A DNA stretch of 42,289 nucleotides from positions 1 through 42,289 of IMG/VR virus record IMGVR_UViG_3300017747_004117. One strand, written 5' to 3'. The notes beneath the pieces were generated by a model, which ran no database searches, was not told the origin of the DNA, and saw nothing but the letters and a program-made list of their open reading frames with translations. Positions 35,606 through 42,289 of this stretch are shown here, piece after piece (within the stretch, counting starts at the first letter, position 1; each line of letters begins with the position of its first letter). The translations under genes were made by a program, and so were the position numbers. The stretch comes from a virus. Taxonomy: Duplodnaviria; Caudoviricetes.

Positions 35606-36984
35606 GATTTTGAATATTTTTCTATTCTTGCTTTGACTGCTCTGATAACTGCATCTTGCATCTTATCCTTACCCTCAAGTGCTCTGATCACATCTTCATC
35701 CATTGTATTTTTCACAATCAGCCGTGTATTAATTACTTTATCTTTCACACCAGACCTATGCACGCGTTTCATTCCTTGCTGATATAATTCCAAACCCCAC
35801 GGACACTGATACCATAAAATATTGGACCCGCCATGCTGCAGATTTAAACCATGACCTGCTGAAGCAGGATGAACGACTAACATTTTTATCTTACCTGCAT
35901 TCCAGTCCGCAATGTCCTGGTTATCTTTCAGCGTCCGTGCAAATTTGAACTTTTGCAATATCCTGTCCTTGTCACTGATATAAGAATAGAATACAAGCAA
36001 CGGCTTTCCATTTAACTCTTCAACAATTTCTTCCAATGCTTCAATCTTTTCGTCATGTACCACATGCACACCCTTATTTTCATCATACACACAGCCATTT
36101 GCAAATTGCAATAACTTATTTGTAAGTCCTGCAGCATTGGCTACTGAAATTTCTTTATCAGCTAAGGCAAGTACCTGTTCGCGTTCAAACTCATCATACT
36201 TTGCCTGTATTGCAGGCGGCAATATAATAATCCGGTTATTATCTATTCTTTCAGGCAGTTCTAAATAGTCTTCTGTCTTCATTGAAAAACATATATCCCC
36301 AATACGGTTAAAAATTTCTTTCCTGTAAAAATCATCACCAAATAAATCATTGCCTTTTTTTAAGTTATAACTGAAGATCACATAACCGTCTCTTTTTCCA
36401 GGATCAAAATACAATTCTCTGTACTTGCTGAATTTTTCTCCCAACCGTTTGCCTTTGTCCAGTAAATACAACTGACTCCACAGATCAAGTAAACCGTTCG
36501 GTGCAGGTGTGCCTGTCAATCCTGCAATCCGTTTAATATACATTCTTACAAGCCGTAAGGATTTAAACCTTTGTGACTTTGGTGATTTAAAACTTGACAA
36601 TTCATCTATCACCACATTATCAAAGGGCCAATTGGACCCGTATAATGCAACAAGCCATACCACATTCTCTCTGTTAATTATATAAATATCTGCTTTCTCA
36701 GTCAATGCCCGCCGCCTTTGTTTATCCGTGCCAAGTATTTTTGATATGGTTAAATGTTTCAAATGATCCCACTGTTCTATTTCTCCAGACCATACGCTCT
36801 CAGCAACTTTCTTTGGCGCAATGATTAATGTCTTTTTGATTTCTTTACGCTTTATCAATTCAACCAATGCTGTTAAATAAATAACAGTCTTACCGAGTCC
36901 CATATCCAAAAACAAACCAATCTCAGGTGTCTTTAATATAAGATCAGTACAGTAACCTTGATAATGACGTTCTTTATATTTCAT
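35602..36984 (-). CDS. SNF2-family helicase
   Basis: DMGLGKT, IDELS, LTGTP, SAGHGLNLQ, Q...RVHRSG. Confidence 0.95.
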   Translation of the reverse strand: MKYKERHYQGYCTDLILKTPEIGLFLDMGLGKTVIYLTALVELIKRKEIKKTLIIAPKKVAESVWSGEIEQWDHLKHLTISKILGTDKQRRRALTEKADIYIINRENVVWLVALYGSNWPFDNVVIDELSSFKSPKSQRFKSLRLVRMYIKRIAGLTGTPAPNGLLDLWSQLYLLDKGKRLGEKFSKYRELYFDPGKRDGYVIFSYNLKKGNDLFGDDFYRKEIFNRIGDICFSMKTEDYLELPERIDNNRIIILPPAIQAKYDEFEREQVLALADKEISVANAAGLTNKLLQFANGCVYDENKGVHVVHDEKIEALEEIVEELNGKPLLVFYSYISDKDRILQKFKFARTLKDNQDIADWNAGKIKMLVVHPASAGHGLNLQHGGSNILWYQCPWGLELYQQGMKRVHRSGVKDKVINTRLIVKNTMDEDVIRALEGKDKMQDAVIRAVKARIEKYSKS

Positions 36985-37240
36985 TTACTTTATCTTTTGA
37001 ATCAATTACTAATACTGTAAATCCTAATGCTTCAAACTGCCGCTTGACAAATGCCTGCCGTGCACGTAATTTTTTACCCGGTGCTTTTGTCTCAACAAAG
37101 ATGATCTTACCGCCAGGTAAAAGAATGATCCTGTCCATCACACCAGAAAACCCAGGTGAAACGAATTTCAAAGCCAATCCGCCTTTTTTCTTTACCTGGT
37201 CTCTTAAATACGTTTCAATATGCTTTTCCGATAGCGGCAT
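36974..37240 (-). CDS. VRR-NUC nuclease
   Basis: SEKHIE, KFVSPG..GVMDRI, FVETKAPG, Q. Confidence 0.92.
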   Translation of the reverse strand: MPLSEKHIETYLRDQVKKKGGLALKFVSPGFSGVMDRIILLPGGKIIFVETKAPGKKLRARQAFVKRQFEALGFTVLVIDSKDKVNEI

Positions 37241-37536
37241 GTTTTGTTCTTTTTTTCTTCGGCCCTATATACGTATAGCCATTAGACCTGCAATTGTATA
37301 TTTAGTGTCGTTTTATAGTCTAATTACCATTTGTTTTCTGTAAGTATTATTTATGTATGCCTTTAATATAATATAATAATAATCAATCAGTTAAATGGCA
37401 TTTTAAAGGAATACTACTTTTTTCAGTATCTGGTTATCAACTACTTATATGATTTGTTTCTTCGGTGTACCAGTTTTTTGCTACTCCATCACTTCTCGGT
37501 GTACTTTTCGCTCTTTTTTCGATTTCGGCATATTAC

Positions 37537-39966
37537 CTACGCCACCAGTTCTTCTAAACTGTACACCCTTTTATATGATCCTTTATGACGCGGATAGTAA
37601 TTTCCAAAGCGCACATAGTCCTTTTCCTTCACCCAATTCTTTACTTTGTGCATGACTTGCTTGATCCTTCTGAGTCCTGCAATTTCCAGCGGTTCCTTCC
37701 GCTCAAGTGCAACTTCCCACAATTCATACTTACAAACTTTCGAACGTTGTACCAGGTCACTGTCTTCTTTCAAATGCTGTTCATAATTATTTACAAAATC
37801 AATTTTATCCCACTTGGTTAATTCATACCAATTCTTCGGCACTTTCATATCAAGGTAGTTCCGTATCTGCTCAGTCATTGGATCCTCTTCTGTATAGTCT
37901 TCCTGTATCATAACAGCTTCTGCATTCAGTGCTTTAGGCAGATACAATGGTTCTTTATTTCTAAACATCACAACTGCTTCCGCCCATATCTGGTCAATTT
38001 CATCCTGCTCAATGTCAAACACCACCCCCTCCGGCTCATTTTCAAACGTTGCCACCGGCCAAAAGCGGCGGTTACCTGTCTGCGACTTTAAAAAGTCAAA
38101 CGTATTCGTAGAAGCAAAAAAGATACATTGTCTGAGTCTGTGCTCAGTCGTACGCGCATACGGGCTCCGGTATCGGTCTTGTCTTGCAGATATAAAAGAC
38201 TTTACCCTTTCGACTTCGGCCTTAGCCATACCAGCCAATTCACCTATTTCGATGATCCACACACCCTGTATCTGTTCGTAGGCTTCCTTACTCTGCAACA
38301 TGTGCATATTAAATGAATCAGTAAACCATTTCCCGCCTAACTTATCAAACAGCGCACTTTTACCCTGTCCCTCTTCCCCCACAAGTGTTAAGATATTATC
38401 GAACTTAATTCCAGGGACCATGACCCTTGCAACACAAGCCACCAGTGATTTACGGGTAACTGTCCGCGTATAAAGATCATCACGTGTCCCCAAATATTTC
38501 ACCATAAGACTATCCACACGCTGCACACCATCCCACACAAGCTTATTTAGATAATCAACAACAGGATGAAAGCGAAATTTTTCAAGTACAACAAGCAATC
38601 CTTTTTGCAGTTTACCATTGCCGGGGGAAAGTTTGTAAACTTTCTCTATATAGTTTTCAATATTAGCAAGATCATTATCATTAATAATCCTTGATCCAGT
38701 CGTCACTTTGCGCCACGGTAAGTTCCGTTTGAAAATTGCCTGCTGTTCAAAATCATCAAACGCAATATTCTGATAAAACAACGGATCGTGTTCCAGTATG
38801 ATCGCTATATTATTAATCGTACTTAAATAATTTCCCTTGCGGTCAATGTCCATTTTCTTCAGCCACTCAGTCCCTCTTTCCTCTATACTTTCATTTGCAC
38901 TTAAATCAATTTCAACTTCTGCAAATGCTTCCTGTGCACTCATCACTTTTGCTTCACCCAGTTGCTGCTTTATAAAAGTGTCCTTTGCCGCAAAGTCACA
39001 CATTGCTAAATAGCTTGGCTTCTTATTAATCGGCACATCAGGATCATCTGAATCAAGCAAAGCATATTTATGTATGCGTACAAGATCAAATGAGTTGCAC
39101 AAAATGTTTGATGCAGGATCAGTTGAATGATGTGAATACAAAAATTTGTCATCGTAAACAATTACACCTGCTGCTGTTGATCCTTCTTTATAGGTATAAC
39201 GCCCTTCAATTGCACACGTCTCATAAACGTCACTCAGAAAATTTTCAATGCAAGAGCTGATTGAATAAGCGCGGTTGAAAGCGCCGATCAGTCCCGGTTT
39301 TTCCCATGGCTCGCCTTGCCGCTTTGCATCTTGCTTGAGTGCTTTATTTTCTTTAATTGCCACCGGCCATTCTGAAACATCTTTCCAGTCAACATACGTT
39401 CCAAGTACCACGTCAGGATCAAGCCATTGTCCCTGCTGTTCCTGGAAAACATACTCACCGTCTTTCGGTGTACTTGGCCAATACATTAAACGGTGCGGCT
39501 GATACCCGGTCGGGTCATATTGGTCAATGCCTGTGTCACCTGCAATCCTGCGGCAAATAGCAGTGTACTCATCACAAAAAACTTCTCGGGCCAGTGGGAT
39601 GACTAATCTGTAACGGGGACTTTCAGCAGTGTGTTTATGAGTAGAATAGATTGCTGCAGCACAATCATATTGCAGACAAAACCTTTCCCAAAAATCTTTT
39701 TCTGCGTCATCAGCATCAAGCGTCAGCAGTTGTCTTGTTGTAACAGCCGAAGCAAGACGCCTGCCGCCTGCCAAGTGTCCGCCAACAAAACCCCCGATAT
39801 CTTTGATCTCATCCTGCCGCTCTTTTTTGAAAGTGACATATTCAGCCAGCAGTTCAGCAGTCCTGTGTGTGTCTTTAATCTTCGCAATAAAAGTCTCCCA
39901 CGATACCTGCTTATTCTGCCACTTCTTATCCAGTCGCGATTTCCCCGTTGCAATATTAAACTTCAT
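37537..39966 (-). CDS. VapE/VirE-type primase-helicase
   Basis: N-terminal primase-like region (LDAD, YSTHKH, RYRLVIPL, RLMYWP); C-terminal ATPase GEEGQGKS, IEIGEL, TGNRRFWP. Confidence 0.93.
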   Translation of the reverse strand: MKFNIATGKSRLDKKWQNKQVSWETFIAKIKDTHRTAELLAEYVTFKKERQDEIKDIGGFVGGHLAGGRRLASAVTTRQLLTLDADDAEKDFWERFCLQYDCAAAIYSTHKHTAESPRYRLVIPLAREVFCDEYTAICRRIAGDTGIDQYDPTGYQPHRLMYWPSTPKDGEYVFQEQQGQWLDPDVVLGTYVDWKDVSEWPVAIKENKALKQDAKRQGEPWEKPGLIGAFNRAYSISSCIENFLSDVYETCAIEGRYTYKEGSTAAGVIVYDDKFLYSHHSTDPASNILCNSFDLVRIHKYALLDSDDPDVPINKKPSYLAMCDFAAKDTFIKQQLGEAKVMSAQEAFAEVEIDLSANESIEERGTEWLKKMDIDRKGNYLSTINNIAIILEHDPLFYQNIAFDDFEQQAIFKRNLPWRKVTTGSRIINDNDLANIENYIEKVYKLSPGNGKLQKGLLVVLEKFRFHPVVDYLNKLVWDGVQRVDSLMVKYLGTRDDLYTRTVTRKSLVACVARVMVPGIKFDNILTLVGEEGQGKSALFDKLGGKWFTDSFNMHMLQSKEAYEQIQGVWIIEIGELAGMAKAEVERVKSFISARQDRYRSPYARTTEHRLRQCIFFASTNTFDFLKSQTGNRRFWPVATFENEPEGVVFDIEQDEIDQIWAEAVVMFRNKEPLYLPKALNAEAVMIQEDYTEEDPMTEQIRNYLDMKVPKNWYELTKWDKIDFVNNYEQHLKEDSDLVQRSKVCKYELWEVALERKEPLEIAGLRRIKQVMHKVKNWVKEKDYVRFGNYYPRHKGSYKRVYSLEELVA

Positions 39967-40178
39967 AAATCTTTTTTATACTTATCACAAAAACCTAATT
40001 CATAAACACCATTTGTAGAATATTTCCCAACATCAATAAGATTACAAGTTAAATCATCTAAAGTTGAAGAATGAATACAATTAAGACAGCATTTAATATT
40101 TAGTTCTTTATAATTATTTGCTTTTTTTTGCTCTTCTGCCAACTTAACAGATTCACTATAAGTATTTGGATTATTCAT
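39963..40178 (-). CDS. Small Cys-rich protein
   Basis: CCLNC...C...CD. Confidence 0.7.
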   Translation of the reverse strand: MNNPNTYSESVKLAEEQKKANNYKELNIKCCLNCIHSSTLDDLTCNLIDVGKYSTNGVYELGFCDKYKKDL

Positions 40179-40239
40179 AATTTAATTATTTTTTACCAAA
40201 GCAGATTTCGCAGCCTTGTATTTTATGCTCATTACAAAT

Positions 40240-40509
40240 TTAATCAGTAACACAAATATCATGAACACCATCACAACGACCACAGCATCTTGATTTAATT
40301 ATTTCTTTATGTACTTTCAAGTCTTTTAATTCTGACTTTTTATAATATTCCCTTGTTCCGTCTTCAAACTCAATTAATGTGAATTTATCTATTCCATTTT
40401 TATAGTCAATCTGCCCTTTCTTATAACCTTCCTCTTGAGCAATTTTGCCATACAGGAATAAAACAAAAAAACATATAATTAATGCAACTGAGATTAAAAT
40501 AGCTTCCAT
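40240..40509 (-). CDS. Small protein with an N-terminal TM helix (89 aa)
   Basis: Probable start is ATG 40509 (MEAILISVAL...); the longer ORF call runs into the tRNA-like element. Confidence 0.65.
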   Translation of the reverse strand: MEAILISVALIICFFVLFLYGKIAQEEGYKKGQIDYKNGIDKFTLIEFEDGTREYYKKSELKDLKVHKEIIKSRCCGRCDGVHDICVTD

Positions 40510-40524
40510 AATATTTATTTTTAG

Positions 40525-40618
40525 TGTGAGAAACAGAACTCGAACCTGCATACGCTGTATTTGTCTTTTGGCATACAGTCCAGCCAATTAATGACTTTAC
40601 CAATTTGTCTATTCTCAC
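40525..40618 (-). ncRNA. tRNA-like RNA lacking a canonical anticodon arm
   Basis: GTGAGAA/TTCTCAC acceptor stem, TA, GAC-AAATTGGTAAA-GTC D arm, GCAGG-TTCGAGT-TCTGT T arm, discriminator A. Confidence 0.7.
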
Positions 40619-40869
40619 AAGTCCCACAATGTCCATTTGTTACTGTCAAGCAGTCTGCTTAAATCATTCATGATGATCTTCCTGCATTCCTGGTGTGCAT
40701 GATCTGTCCTGTCATAATTGCGGCCGAAAATCTGTGAGTCAGTTGCAAATGCTTTCTCTTTATTGAACCTGTCAGTATCATGACGGTCAATTTTTACTTT
40801 GATTGTTCCGAGCTGATGAACAAAGTCAAACTTAATCAACAGGGAATCGATTTCAATGTTTGTTATCAT
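40615..40869 (-). CDS. Hypothetical protein (84 aa)
   Basis: Coupled ORF. Confidence 0.7.
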   Translation of the reverse strand: MITNIEIDSLLIKFDFVHQLGTIKVKIDRHDTDRFNKEKAFATDSQIFGRNYDRTDHAHQECRKIIMNDLSRLLDSNKWTLWDL

Positions 40870-41066
40870 TAGTATAGTTTTAAAATTGTGAAAGTATCAG
40901 CTGGAAATTGTTCTCTTAAAGTAATACAATCTAAGTGTAATAAAAGTTCTTCTGTCGATTCACCTGTAGATTTTCTTTCCTTTAAAAAAGTTCTATGCTC
41001 AAGTCTTAATTCACGTAAAGTATAATTGATAAATGAATCTTGAAGTATAAATATTTTGAATTTCAT
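40869..41066 (-). CDS. Hypothetical protein (65 aa)
   Basis: ATGA overlap with the polymerase stop. Confidence 0.65.
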   Translation of the reverse strand: MKFKIFILQDSFINYTLRELRLEHRTFLKERKSTGESTEELLLHLDCITLREQFPADTFTILKLY

Positions 41067-42289
41067 TTTTTATAGTATTGAGTTGTGAAAGTTTCTGCGC
41101 CAAGTGTCAAACCATTTGCCCACGAAATAGGTGCACTCAGCAAGTCGTTTACAAAAGTAGATATTTCGTTTTGTGATTCGATAACAATTTCGTCATGTAC
41201 ATGCATCACAATTTTCAGTCCTGCCTTATCTGCCCTGAGCATTGCGTCAGTGAGCACATCTCTTGCAACAGCTTGCACAATATTCTCTACCAACTTGCCA
41301 CCGTATGTATCTTGCCAACCCCATTGCTTAGTCGTCTGATTCATTCCCTGGTAAACAATTTTCTGTCCGCTCATCCGTGCATTGAGGTAAACAAGTTCAC
41401 GTCCTGAAGGAAGTTTGATGAACATGTTCTTGCCTCTTTTTTCAAATACAACATTATCATTTACCATACATACATTTCCGTTTAATGCTTCCATAAATCC
41501 ATCTTGTATGCTGTACCAATACTGCACTATTTTTCGGTTTGCATTGCGCCATTGCTTTACAAGTTTTGGAAGTTCTTCTGCAGTCAGTCCCATTTTCAAA
41601 GCACCCATTCTTTCAAGTGCACCCGCAGCGCCTTGATAACCGAGAGCAAGCTCAGCAATCTTTCCTTTTTGTCGCATATCTTTTGAAACGGATTCAATCG
41701 GAACTTTAAACATCTGTGAAGCAGACGCTTCGTAAATTTTCCCATGGGTTTTAAATACATCAAGACGCCATTTTTCCCCTGCCAACCAGGCAACAATTCT
41801 TGCTTCAATTGCACTGGAATCAGACACGACAAAGCTGTTTCCAGGGGCAGGAATAAAGGCAGTCCGAATAAGGTTCGATAAAACTAAGCCCACATCGTCA
41901 TATGTCAGTTTAAGGGCGTCTAAATTACCTGTCCTGACTAACTCGCGTGCGAAATTTAAGTCCTTCAGATTCGTCCGTACGAGGTTCTGCAGTTGTACAT
42001 TCCTGCCTGCCCATCTGCCTGTCCGATTGGCACCGTAATATTGAAAAAGCCCGCGGATTCGGTCGTCTTTGCAGGCACTCTTTTCCATTGCTGTATATTT
42101 CCTGATTGATGATCGGCTGAGTCTTTCTCTGATCTGAAGTACTTCATTCATAGCAGTTCCTTCAAGCGCTTTGAAGACACCAGGCATAGCAGCTTTATTC
42201 AGTGATTCAATTTCTATTCCTGTAGCTTCTTGAATAAACGCTTTCACTTGCGCATTAGATTTGGGATTTTTGATATTCGTCAACCGTCC
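41063..42289 (-). CDS. polA: Family A DNA polymerase, C-terminal polymerase domain
   Basis: TGRWAG, motif A DSSAIEAR, motif B RQKGKIAELALGY, motif C HVHDEI, ENIVQAVARD. Confidence 0.95.
   Translation of the reverse strand, partial: GRLTNIKNPKSNAQVKAFIQEATGIEIESLNKAAMPGVFKALEGTAMNEVLQIRERLSRSSIRKYTAMEKSACKDDRIRGLFQYYGANRTGRWAGRNVQLQNLVRTNLKDLNFARELVRTGNLDALKLTYDDVGLVLSNLIRTAFIPAPGNSFVVSDSSAIEARIVAWLAGEKWRLDVFKTHGKIYEASASQMFKVPIESVSKDMRQKGKIAELALGYQGAAGALERMGALKMGLTAEELPKLVKQWRNANRKIVQYWYSIQDGFMEALNGNVCMVNDNVVFEKRGKNMFIKLPSGRELVYLNARMSGQKIVYQGMNQTTKQWGWQDTYGGKLVENIVQAVARDVLTDAMLRADKAGLKIVMHVHDEIVIESQNEISTFVNDLLSAPISWANGLTLGAETFTTQYYKK
42167..42289. repeat. Terminal direct repeat, right copy
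   Basis: Identical to 1-123. Confidence 0.97.

Noticed and set aside
40421-40636. 71-aa ORF and the 5' extension of 40240..40587
   Set aside because: Both overlap the tRNA-like element; ATG 40509 has a better A-rich start context.

Overview
This looks like a complete, circularly permuted tailed-phage genome of about 42,166 bp: bases 1-123 are repeated exactly at 42167-42289, and the family A DNA polymerase gene reads in frame across the join. All credible genes are on the minus strand. The modules are: replication (PolA, VapE-type primase/helicase, SNF2 helicase, VRR-NUC, DUF2800 nuclease, DUF2815 SSB); packaging and head (TerS, TerL, portal, HK97 protease, major capsid protein); a siphovirus-like tail; lysis; a cluster of small accessory genes behind repeated promoters; and a nucleotide-metabolism cluster. 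I found no integrase. TAnnTTTA promoter elements, A-rich translation starts and Gln-after-cleavage signal peptides point to a Bacteroidota host (inference). Most notable observations: (1) the thymidylate synthase homologue has Asp at the E. coli Asn177 specificity position, predicting dCMP rather than dUMP as substrate, and sits next to MazG and dCMP deaminase; (2) four genes in virion-module positions, including the 927-aa fibre-like protein, carry Sec signal peptides; (3) a 57-aa module is shared by the head-tail adaptor and the tail-collar protein; (4) two tRNA-like RNAs have non-canonical anticodon arms. All family assignments come from motif recognition by eye; no database searches were run.
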